The notes beneath the pieces are model-generated. The model saw nothing but the letters and a program-made list of their open reading frames with translations, searched no databases and had not been told where the DNA came from. From NCBI GenBank assembly GCA_012862495.1, contig BLSG01000129.1:52509-72508 (forward strand): a stretch of 20,000 bases of DNA, read 5' to 3'. This DNA comes from Thraustochytrium aureum (lineage: Eukaryota). Below are positions 10,279 to 19,339 of this stretch, one piece after another; the stretch's first letter is position 1, and each line of letters starts with the position of its first letter. Position numbers and translations under genes: made by a program.

Positions 10279-10325
10279 GGAGTGTCGTCGTCAGCAAAAC
10301 GGAGTGTCGTCGTCAGCAGAACGGA
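10279..10325. repeat. 22-bp tandem duplication (2 copies)
   Basis: ggagtgtcgtcgtcagcaaaac / ggagtgtcgtcgtcagcagaac (one mismatch), followed by gga. Confidence 0.9.
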
Positions 10326-10394
10326 TCAGGTTGTCATCGCTCCATCAGGAGATTGTCAGCGCGTTATGAGGAGATTTTTTGTCAACGCACCACC

Positions 10395-10590
10395 NNNNNN
10401 NNNNNNNNNNNNNNNNNNNNNNNNNNNNNNNNNNNNNNNNNNNNNNNNNNNNNNNNNNNNNNNNNNNNNNNNNNNNNNNNNNNNNNNNNNNNNNNNNNNN
10501 NNNNNNNNNNNNNNNNNNNNNNNNNNNNNNNNNNNNNNNNNNNNNNNNNNNNNNNNNNNNNNNNNNNNNNNNNNNNNNNNNNNNNNNNNN
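10395..10590. other. N tract, 196 nt, intergenic
   Basis: Run of N. Confidence 0.95.
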
Positions 10591-11490
10591 GGAAAGAGGC
10601 GATTTGGGGCGTGCGCTCTGGTCCGGAAAGGGAACCTACTGCACCCATCTGGTTTGTGCACCCGCACCCACCAAAATCTCGGTTGTGGTGGCCGTTGCTT
10701 CCTGACGACGGTCGGAAGGTACTCTACTCGGCTCGCTCTCCGACGCCTTGCCGACACCGACTCCGACACTGTCAAAGATGAGCTCGTTCCGTCGGTTGAG
10801 GAAGGTGGGAGTGCTCGACCGGCCCGAACGACCGACCAAGTCGGATCCTCCTTGGACCGACCACCAAATTGCACAAATGCATGGGGCCGGCCAATCGATC
10901 CTAAATTTCGACGCTTCATCAGTGCCACAAACCAACTTGTTTGATTGGAAAGGAACTCTGCTCTGCACACCCAGCCAAATTTTGGTCTGGCGCAAGTCTG
11001 GCGCAGGAGTTATCAGAGACTCATCACCGGGGTGGCACCGCTTGCGCGGCTCTTCTCGCCACCAACGCTCTCCTTGGAAAATCGACATCGATCGTTCGAG
11101 TCGTGGTGAGAGGACAGTCTCGGAACTGTTGAGGATGTAGAGCAAGGTAAGTCAGTGGAGTACGTGACATTCTTGCCTTGCGACGCGCCAGCCATCAGAC
11201 GCCAATCTCACGTCGTGCCCTGGCGTCAGCTCGCTTGTGCAGTGCAGTACGAATACCTTCCCGGTAGAGTACCAGCTTACTCTGCTCCAGTTGGCCTATT
11301 GTAGAGTACTCTGCGTTACGCTCTTGCGCTGCACTGCGCAGCCCGGCGAACCAGGGCCTGAACACAACAAGAGCAGGCGGGACTCGCTTGACAAGGCACA
11401 GTCAACGCCGTGCAACCTACGAGCAGCGCAAGGGCACGATCGGCGGTGAGCAAGACGGCGGCCGCTCTTGCGGGCGTCGGCACTCACGCT

Positions 11491-12888
11491 ATGGCCACCG
11501 CAGCCTTTGAACCATGCGCTTTCGACTTTGACTGCACTGGTCCAGGGCAGCTCTGCTATGTCAACGTGAGCTGGGGACCTACTTCGGAAGGGTTTTGCGA
11601 CTGCAACCACTGGTACGGTTGGGAAGGACCAGACTGTGCGTCGTTTTCTGCCACGACCCGGCTCCTGGGACTGAGCTTGGTGTTGCAAATCGTGGTTGGC
11701 ATGGTCTTTGCTGCGGCTGGCTTTCGCGACCTTGCACGCATGTTTTCGGCCTTCCAGGGCAACATCCGGCTCAATGCTGCGCTTGTAACGCTTCTGTCAG
11801 TGACCTTGTCGCTGAGCTGCCACGTTCTCTGGCGCATTCTCTACTACAACAGCGCGAAGAGCCCGGCGGGGTTTAACCAGCGCGTTAGCGATGACGCGGA
11901 CGCGGAAAAACTCGTCAAGCATGCGATCTCAGTGCGCCCCTTTATTTTCTTCTGCGTGGTGACTCTCGTGATCGCCACAGCAACGAGCAGCATCATGTGG
12001 ATCGAGATCGTGCGGTCATCGAAGAAAATGGTGGCTGCGCGCGGCGTGGTAACGCACTTCCGGCGCGCAATCATTGTGTTCGAGATCGTGTTTGCTATCT
12101 CGTTTGGCATTCTGGCTGCCCTCGGCAAGTGGCATCTTTCCGTCATTGTCGTCCTCCCGTTTTTGTTGACCATCTTGATCGCAAACCTAGTGGGGCGGAA
12201 CCGCATGGTTCGCTTGCTGGGAGCGGCGCTCACGATGCACTCTGGCTCCTCCGCATCCAAAGAAAGCCACTCGCACGGCTTGGAGCCAGCGCCGGCTTCC
12301 GCTTCAGTGGTCTCGCGTTCGCGTGGCCAGGAGACCAGTGCGCTCCAAGACAGCCCCGCCGAGGCGGTCAGTGTAGCACAGGCTGCCCTTGCCTTGTTTG
12401 TCAAGGCTTTGCAGCGTTTGTGGGCTCGTTTCCTCGCCCTCTTCGCGGAACCGCCAGCAGAGTCGATGGCAGACCGAACCCGTAACACCATCGCTTTGAT
12501 CAAGTGGACATCACTGCATATCTGCATTGGAATATTCGGAATTCTGCTTTCTGGAACCGTCTACTTTCTGTTCAACTCGGTGCTGCACCCGGCGGGATGG
12601 CGCGAGTACTCGCCGGATGGGTCGTTCTCGTGGATCACGCTGGTGAACGACCTGCTCCCGATCTCGATCCTCTACATACTGGTCACCGTACTCTTGTACT
12701 CGCACCGAAACACCAACAACCTGATCCGCCGTCAAAAGGGGGTCGCCGAGCCAGTCGCGAGCTCGAGCGACTTTCGGCACACTGGCGAAGGGACGAAAAC
12801 GGAGACCTTTTCGACGGCGAACGGGCGCAGGACCCTTCAGACAACGTCATTCGTGGGGACACCGTCCTGCAACGATATCGAGGTGTAG
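11491..12888 (+). CDS. EGF-like + 7TM membrane protein, paralogue A (465 aa)
   Basis: ATG at 11491. Six-Cys N-terminus CAFDFDC...LCYVNVSW...CDCNHWYGWEGPDC, then seven hydrophobic segments. Shares RP.FF, S.MWI, LPFLL, GWRE.SP.G.FS and Y.HR.T motifs with paralogues B and C. Confidence 0.88.
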   Translation: MATAAFEPCAFDFDCTGPGQLCYVNVSWGPTSEGFCDCNHWYGWEGPDCASFSATTRLLGLSLVLQIVVGMVFAAAGFRDLARMFSAFQGNIRLNAALVTLLSVTLSLSCHVLWRILYYNSAKSPAGFNQRVSDDADAEKLVKHAISVRPFIFFCVVTLVIATATSSIMWIEIVRSSKKMVAARGVVTHFRRAIIVFEIVFAISFGILAALGKWHLSVIVVLPFLLTILIANLVGRNRMVRLLGAALTMHSGSSASKESHSHGLEPAPASASVVSRSRGQETSALQDSPAEAVSVAQAALALFVKALQRLWARFLALFAEPPAESMADRTRNTIALIKWTSLHICIGIFGILLSGTVYFLFNSVLHPAGWREYSPDGSFSWITLVNDLLPISILYILVTVLLYSHRNTNNLIRRQKGVAEPVASSSDFRHTGEGTKTETFSTANGRRTLQTTSFVGTPSCNDIEV

Positions 12889-13065
12889 TAGCGAGCAACG
12901 CTGCCACGCATTCACATCCGACCCAACTGTTTTTTGTAGTTTCCCTGCTTTTCTAATTGAAAGACGCGATGCGTTTGGGTTGCTCGACGGGCCGGTGCCT
13001 GGACAACGCTGCGCCGACTGGACTTGCTGCGCCTACAGGGGTTCGTAGGCGCTCGTCAAGAGTCT

Positions 13066-14528
13066 CTAGTTCGCTGGAGGCAGGCCCAGCCTTGCGCGGC
13101 CCTCGCCAAACACGGCGACGGCAAAGAGCCGCTTGATGCGCGGCGCGTCCACGGCGACGACGACGTCGACGTTCGGCGACTGCTTTGGCAAATCGGGCGG
13201 GTCAACAAAGTGTCTCAGGTCACAAACGGTCATTCCACGCGTGTGAGCCCCTGTGAGCTCGCAAGTGACGTGGCACGGACGAAGTGTCACCGCTTCGGGG
13301 TCCAGGAGGGCAGCGAGCGCCCCTGCGTCGCCCAGCACTGCCGTCGGCTTGGTCCAAACCCGCATTTCCCGCAAATAGAGCCGTGCAGAGAGCTCCGGCC
13401 CGTCGAATGCAAGACCAGCCGCGTTGGGCCCTTCCAAGGCTTCGGCTACAAAGCCCATAGCCCGTAGCTCGTCGCGGGTGAACTCGACCTCCATGAACGC
13501 GTCCCACGGGTACATGGTCTTGTTGTGGATTCGGCCGCGTCAGCGTCCACCCCTTCTCCCGCCGCTACACACACACACCTGCAACGCAGGAGGTCTACTC
13601 CTGAAGGCGGCGAGGCGACCAGCGAGCACTTACGATGGGGATCCCGAACGAGAGCACGATTTGCGTAGCCTCGGGGTCGTACGCGGCGTTTGCTTCCGCC
13701 CAAGCCTTGTAGTTCCCCCCAGACTTGACTGCGCCGCCCATCCAGACGATGCGATCGATCTTGTTGCGGCAAAGCTCAGGGTCAAGACGCAGCGCTACCG
13801 CGATGTTGGTCAGCGGGGCCANNNNNNNNNNNNNNNNNNNNNNNNNNNNNNNNNNNNNNNNNNNNNNNNNNNNNNNNNNNNNNNNNNNNNNNNNNNNNNN
13901 NNNNNNNNNNNNNNNNNNNNNNNNNNNNNNNNNNNNNNNNNNNNNNNNNNNNNNNNNNNNNNNNNNNNNNNNNNNNNNNNNNNNNNNCGCTACCACAGTG
14001 AGCGTCTCGTCATCCGCGCAGGCTCGCAGAGTGTCCAGAATCAGCTGCGTGGCGTGGGCTGAAGCCGGCGCTCGGCCGACGGGGGCTGCTTGGGCTCCAG
14101 GTCGCCGAGGCCTGCCGCCGGCAGCCGATGAAGGTCAGCGTACTCGCTCTCTGGAGCTAGAGCTAGCTAGCTAGTAGAGAAGCAGAAGGGAAGGGGCGAG
14201 CAGGCCGGTGCGAGGGCCCGCAGCAACAACAGCACGTACAGTCGTGGCCGTGGATGAACGGAGCAAAGTGGGTCTGCTCCACGAGCGGTCTCCCAAACCC
14301 TCGCCCTACAGCGAGTCCGGCTGGCGCGCCCGCCGCGTCCAGCACGCGCAGGGTGGCATCGACCACGGTGTCGATGGGCCCGTTCCCAGCCACGCAGGTA
14401 ACTGCGCGAACGTCGACCTGGTGCGGGCAAGCGAAGGCGAGCAGCAGCGCTTGCGCGTCGTCCACGCCAGTGTCGCAGTCTATCAGCACCGGCTTGGGCG
14501 CCTGCGGCGCGGCGCGGGCGTCGCTCAT
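13066..14528 (-). CDS. Inosine/uridine-preferring nucleoside hydrolase family protein; 4 exons, one apparent frameshift
   Basis: Motifs DCDTGVDD (DxDxxxDD), VAGN, HGHDCLGD, APLTNIA, WMGG, AEANAAYDPEA and TRGMTVCD. Exons: 14528-14240, 14111 to the gap (~13988), ~13821-13634, and 13518-13066. Confidence 0.92.
13519..13633 (-). other. GT-AG intron of the nucleoside hydrolase (115 nt)
   Basis: Donor ATC|GTAAGT, branch-like GCTGAC, acceptor ACAAG|ACC. Splicing gives GIPI-TMYPWD in frame. Confidence 0.9.
13822..13987. other. N tract, 166 nt, probably an intron of the nucleoside hydrolase
   Basis: The flanks read TLTVVA and APLTN, which are essentially contiguous in this family, so the hidden sequence is mostly non-coding. 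Confidence 0.75.
14112..14239 (-). other. GT-AG intron 1 of the nucleoside hydrolase (128 nt)
   Basis: Donor T|GTACGT, branch-like GCTGAC, acceptor GGCAG|GC. Splicing restores HGHD-C-LGDL. Contains a short (CTAG)n run. Confidence 0.85.
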
Positions 14529-14552
14529 CGTGTTCCCGAGCGCGGCTCTGGC

Positions 14553-14646
14553 CGTGCGTGCGTACTGCGTGCGTGCGCGCGTGCGTGCGTTCGTGGACCA
14601 GCGAGCGAGCGAGCGAGCGTGCGTCCCTGCGTGCGCCCCTGCGTGC
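14553..14646. repeat. Compound (GCGT)n/(GAGC)n microsatellite upstream of the hydrolase ATG
   Basis: gtgcgtgcgt...gcgagcgagcgagcgagc...gcgtgcg. Confidence 0.8.
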
Positions 14647-14922
14647 GGCAGGCAGCCTGGTGTGTGCGACGGTGAGCGGCCAGCGCGCGGGCTGGCTGAT
14701 GGGACGGACGGCTTTGCCCTTTTTCGTCAACTGCCGCGGGCGCCTGGCGGAAGTGTCACGAGAGCTCGCTCGCGGTGGCGTGGCGTGGGGCGCTCTCTCC
14801 AGACAGCTCCTAGGGTTCAGAATGCAGGTTTGATGTGGGTGGTGCCTACTAGCCTATGTACGTATGCAGCTCGCTTGAGGCTGTTACGGTTGTCGGGTGC
14901 GCGCGGGCGTGACGAGCCCGCT

Positions 14923-16140
14923 CTACAGCCCTGGCAGGTTGTGCGGTTTCTCTATGGTGAGCGGGTTTATGTAGAGCTTGTTGGTGTACTCGTTCGCCGA
15001 CGAAGACATGACTGCCGGGCCCGAAGACGTGGCCACTGACGATTGGTTGACGTGCAACAACTTGTTCGTATTCCGATGCACGTAGAAAAACACCGCGCAG
15101 AGAATGTACAACGTGAAGAACGGCAGCAGCTCATGGACCGCAGTGATCCAGGAAAACTGACCAATAGGCGAAAACTCGCGCCACCCCCCCGGGTGGACCA
15201 CGCCCGAGAGCAGAAACGAGGCCACACCGCTGACAAAGATCCCACAAGCACCGATGATGATGTGAAGACCTGCACGCGATATGGCCAGCATGGTTCGCTC
15301 TTCCTTGCGTGCGCTCTGTTCGGCCGCCCCTCTGCTGCCCTTGCTACGAGCAGTTTCGAGGCCCAGAACGACACTGCTATGCTGGCGCTCGAAGCGCACC
15401 GCGCTGCGCAGCAATTTGAGCATGCGCGAGCGCCCTGCCACGAGCATCCCAATGAGGATCAGCAGGAAGGGCAGTGCCGTCGGGCCTGTAATCGACCAGT
15501 CAATGGATATCGCAACCACGCCCATAGAGATGAAGAAGAAGATGGAAAAAAGAAAGAGCTGCTCGCGCCACGACGACACCGACTGGATTTGCATTGAACG
15601 CACGCGCTCTGCCACGGAGATCCACATCAACGAGAGCGACCCGACGCAAATGGCAGTCAGCAGCAAGCACAAAAACACAACCGGGCGCTGGATCACCTCG
15701 TACTTGGCGTACTTGACCGGTTTTGAGAAGACCTCATGATCGCTCACTACGTTGGCCGAATCTGGCGACAGCGTAGACCCAAGCATGGCCAGCCGCCACA
15801 TGAAAAGCGCCGTCAAGGCAAACGGAAGCGAGACGCTGGTCAGAATGATGGCCGAGGCGCGCTGGATCTTGGTCCAGCCGATGCTCAAAACGCGAACTGC
15901 GTCTGTAAAGCTCATGAGAGCGAGGCTCGCGCACAGGATGGCCTGCGAGCTCAGTGAGATCATTAGGAAAAAGTAGGTCGAGGTCGGCACGGTGCACCCG
16001 CTGGTCTCGTTGGTCCAGCCGTAGTAGCCATTGCAGAAGCACGCGGTGTAATTTGTTGGCAGATGCGTCACGTTCGCGTAGCATATCTGCGTCAGCGGGC
16101 AGTCAAAGTCCGAGCTGCATGGGAGGTTGGCCGCAGACAT
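14923..16140 (-). CDS. EGF-like + 7TM membrane protein, paralogue B (405 aa)
   Basis: ATG at 16140 (the track start at 16284 is GTG). CSSDFDC...ICYANVT...CFCNGYYGW...C, seven hydrophobic segments, QRPVVFL, SLMWI, LPFLL, GWREFSPIGQFSW, YVHRNTNKLL. Confidence 0.88.
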   Translation of the reverse strand: MSAANLPCSSDFDCPLTQICYANVTHLPTNYTACFCNGYYGWTNETSGCTVPTSTYFFLMISLSSQAILCASLALMSFTDAVRVLSIGWTKIQRASAIILTSVSLPFALTALFMWRLAMLGSTLSPDSANVVSDHEVFSKPVKYAKYEVIQRPVVFLCLLLTAICVGSLSLMWISVAERVRSMQIQSVSSWREQLFLFSIFFFISMGVVAISIDWSITGPTALPFLLILIGMLVAGRSRMLKLLRSAVRFERQHSSVVLGLETARSKGSRGAAEQSARKEERTMLAISRAGLHIIIGACGIFVSGVASFLLSGVVHPGGWREFSPIGQFSWITAVHELLPFFTLYILCAVFFYVHRNTNKLLHVNQSSVATSSGPAVMSSSANEYTNKLYINPLTIEKPHNLPGL

Positions 16141-17043
16141 GACTTGTGGCCTTCCGGCACCGCCCGGCGTGTCGTCGGTGGAGCTCCCTAGCGCTTGCGC
16201 AGCACCTTGGCCCTGTTCTCCACAGGGAGCCAGTGCGTCTCGCGTGCTCCAGAGTTGTGGGTCTGTAGGGTACCTTTTGCTCACGAAGACCGGAGCACAT
16301 AGCTAGGCGCGAGCACCGAAAAGTACCGGCCTGACGAACAAGTCCTTTTTGTTGCCATCGGTTTGCTTGTGTCCATCAAGTCCACCCTTTTCAAGACCTC
16401 CTCGCCCATGTACTAGGCCAGTCAAGTTGGTGACGCAGGCGCCCCGCGCAGTCCTGCCGTGAGAGGAGTGTATTGTGGCCGCGCATGGCCAGTCAATTTG
16501 GCCCCAAACAGCGACCGACTCGGACAGGAGCAGAAACTTGAAGGGGCCCGGGATCCTCCTTGCAAGAAGCAAGGAGGATCAGATCTCCCTGGCAGGAGCT
16601 CGATCCCTCTCCACGCTCCTCGTCGATCACGACTGCGACGCCCTGATCATGATCGGAGGCCTTGAGCAGCAAAGCGTCCGAGTAGGCACGTGATGACATC
16701 CTCCTTGCGAATAGTAAGGGAGCTGTTGGTGGTGGGTGGGCAGGTACCTCCTCGGTGTGCTGGTGCAAGCGCAACAAGCAGGATGTGCAAGCGCCGAGGA
16801 GGATCCCTTGTGTTGCTGGTGCCTGCAGTTGCTGCGCGGAGGCCGGCCGTTGCTCGCGTCCACGCAGGCAGAGCTGCAAAGCCGAGTCAGCGCGTTTTGT
16901 ACCACTCGCTTTTTTTGTGTTCCAAGATTTTTTTGAAAACGTGGACCGATTTTGTTTGATTGATCGAGGACTTGAAGATCGATCAGACCAGCTTGCCAGT
17001 GTCACGGTCACGGTCGAGTCTCATCAATGGCCTTGCCGTTTTT

Positions 17044-17105
17044 GTGTCGTCCCAAGCGCAGTAGGGGAGTACAGCCTGATGAGGTCCGAAACGACATCGT
17101 TGGTG
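17044..17105 (+). ncRNA. Hammerhead-ribozyme-like core (candidate, helix I defective)
   Basis: CTGATGA (17076-82), G-gtc-C, GAAA (17088-91). ACGACAT can pair with upstream GTGTCGT, which places a GUC triplet. Helix II is a single pair and helix I is poor. Confidence 0.25.
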
Positions 17106-18059
17106 GGCATCCGAACAGGAGAAATCCCGGACTCCGCCTTGAAGGAGCGTCAGTAAGTAGAGTGAGTACCTTTCGTGGTAGAGTACTGGCTGTTTCCGAG
17201 TCGATTGCCATCCATGGCATCATGAAGGTGTTTTCGTTGATTTGTGCCTCCGTCCTGAACTGGCAGGTTGTGAAGCTGCTCGGCCTCGTCAGAGGGCAGC
17301 GAGCAAGGTCCTGGTGGAGGCGATCGTTCGTAGAGCAGCGCGTGGAGGTGCCACGTGGCAAGCAACTCTTTGATTTCCCTGCGTTGTCGTTTTGTGCTGC
17401 GCATGTCTGGAGATCGGAGCAGCACCGACACGCTGACGAACGGAACTCGAAAAAGTTGGCTAGCCACAAAACCGACATGCCACCTTTCAAAACAGTTGCG
17501 TGCTTTCTTTCATCGACAAACTGGAGCGTTTATCGACTGACTGGGAGAGTTGTAACTCCGAAGTATCATCGCAACTCCCCTTCCGCGATCCAGTGCCAGA
17601 CCCAGTGCCGCGCCCCTTTGGAGGACTTTCCCCGGAAATGCGGCATAACTTTTAGCAAACCGATCGATTGATGGACTGCAACGGTTGCGCCGCCACGACT
17701 GCTTTTTTCGCTTCTTCGACAGCGAGGATGGTGAGGCGCAAGAGCAGACCCGCTACAGGTTGCCTGATGAGGCAATTCAGAGCCCAGAGCCCACCGTCTG
17801 GTATCTCGAGCTTGCTTGCTTGCTTGCTCTCGAGTCACGCTCAAGAAACGCCGTTGTGCTACCCATTGACGGGCTCGTCTCATCTCGCCTCCGCAGCACG
17901 ACACGAGACGCCGCCAAGAACAAGTGCAGCCCATCAAGCGGCGACGATGAGCAGCATAGCGGAATACAAGCACAAGGAGCTCGTCGACCCGTTAGTATTA
18001 GTATTTTTAGAATTGGTAGAAACACACAAGCACACAAAGAGCACAGCCCAGCCACCAAA

Positions 18060-18085
18060 CATCATCATCAACATCATCGTCATCA
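18060..18085. repeat. Imperfect (ATC)n run at and after the stop codon of paralogue C
   Basis: catcatcatcaacatcatcgtcatca. Confidence 0.7.
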
Positions 18086-19339
18086 GAGGTTTGGAGTTGC
18101 GGCCACCGAAACCGTGAGGTTGCCCGCAGTGTAGGGCGATGCCGGCGCGCCGAACATGGTCGACTGAACGAACGACGAGTTCTCCTTGGAACCAAACTCT
18201 TCCCTGGTGTCGGCACGCGACGACTCGAGCCCCCGCCGATGGCGAAGGAGCTTTTTCGTCGACCTGTGGCTGTAGAAGAACACGGCGACGAGCGTGTACA
18301 GAACCGACCACGCTACAAGGTCGTTCATCAGCGTCGGTATCGAAAATGAGCCCAGCGGGGCGAACTCGCGCCACCCTGCATCAGAGAGCACCGTGTTGAA
18401 GAGAGCGTACGCCACGCCCGTGGTAATTATGCCAAAGATGCCGATGATTACGTGCAGCGAGACGCGCTTGATGTGAACGAGCGCACGCCGCGTGCGCTCT
18501 GCGCTTGTCTTTTCGCGCTTGGGCCCTCGGCGGCGGAAGGACATGCCCGTGTTTTGTGGAGTGGAATCGGTCGGTGTGTTGTTGTCGCTGGTGTCAGCCA
18601 AGCTCAGCGCGTCCTTGAGCACAGCAACCATGCGAAGGCGGCCGAGCGTGAAGGCAACACCGATAACCAAGAGGAAAGGCAGGGCGACAGCGATGGCGAA
18701 ATCCCAGCGGCCCATGACGGCCGTAACCAGCATGGCGATACCGAACACAGTTTCAAACACCAGGACAGCTCGACTGTAGTAGGTGACGCTCTGGATCATG
18801 CGCGTGCGCATGTTCTTTGCGCGGTAGGCGAGCTCGATCCACATCACCGACACGTTGAGCGCGGCGATCACGGCGAGGACCTGGACAAGGAAGACGAAGG
18901 GCCGCTGGAGGATAGCGTAGGACGTGAAGCGTTCCCCACCGCTCGTGGACAGTTCGCTGTCGTAGTCGTGCTTCTCCGGAGACAGCGTCGTGAGCAGGTA
19001 GAGCGCGGTCCACACAACGTAGCAGTTGAACGCCACCGTGAGTGCCAGGGCCGTGCGCACACTCGCGTTGAACTTGAGGCTGCGCCCCAAAGCAAAGGCA
19101 AGGCGAAGTATATCAAACCAGCCGACGGTTCCGCCGAGGCCGGCGATCAGGATGCGAAAAGACATGCTAACGATGAGGTACCACGTCGTGAAGGTGAACT
19201 CTTGGCAGTCCTCGCCGGTCCAGCCGTACCACGTCGAGCACGCGCAAAACGACGGCTCCGGCGCCCAAGACACATTTACGTAGCAAATCTGCCCTGCGGG
19301 ACAGTCGCTGCTCAGCGCGCACGACGTCAGGTTGGACAT
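18083..19339 (-). CDS. EGF-like + 7TM membrane protein, paralogue C (418 aa)
   Basis: ATG at 19339 (the track start at 19432 is GTG). CALSSDC...ICYVNVSW...CACSTWYGWTGEDC, seven hydrophobic segments, QRPFVFL, SVMWI, LPFLL, GWREFAPLGSFS, YSHRSTKKLL. Confidence 0.88.
   Translation of the reverse strand: MSNLTSCALSSDCPAGQICYVNVSWAPEPSFCACSTWYGWTGEDCQEFTFTTWYLIVSMSFRILIAGLGGTVGWFDILRLAFALGRSLKFNASVRTALALTVAFNCYVVWTALYLLTTLSPEKHDYDSELSTSGGERFTSYAILQRPFVFLVQVLAVIAALNVSVMWIELAYRAKNMRTRMIQSVTYYSRAVLVFETVFGIAMLVTAVMGRWDFAIAVALPFLLVIGVAFTLGRLRMVAVLKDALSLADTSDNNTPTDSTPQNTGMSFRRRGPKREKTSAERTRRALVHIKRVSLHVIIGIFGIITTGVAYALFNTVLSDAGWREFAPLGSFSIPTLMNDLVAWSVLYTLVAVFFYSHRSTKKLLRHRRGLESSRADTREEFGSKENSSFVQSTMFGAPASPYTAGNLTVSVAATPNL

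Noticed and set aside
10279..10325. Direct repeat as a possible CRISPR array
   Set aside because: Only two adjacent copies with no spacer, in a eukaryotic context with no cas genes.
16617..16678. Minus-strand peptide DALLLKASDHDQGVAVVIDEE, faintly like the Penelope RT 'KxADK...VV.D' motif or an APE 'SDH' motif, near the hammerhead-like core
   Set aside because: No other RT or endonuclease motifs are recognisable in any frame, it is on the opposite strand to the core, and it is too short to separate from chance.
17760..17775. Second CTGATGA inside the hairpin ttgcct-gatg-aggcaa
   Set aside because: No downstream GAAA and no helix III, so not a hammerhead.
16300..18080. Possible fourth, decayed EGF-7TM paralogue or other gene between B and C
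   Set aside because: No six-Cys module, family motifs or run of TM segments in the listed ORFs or in my partial translations.
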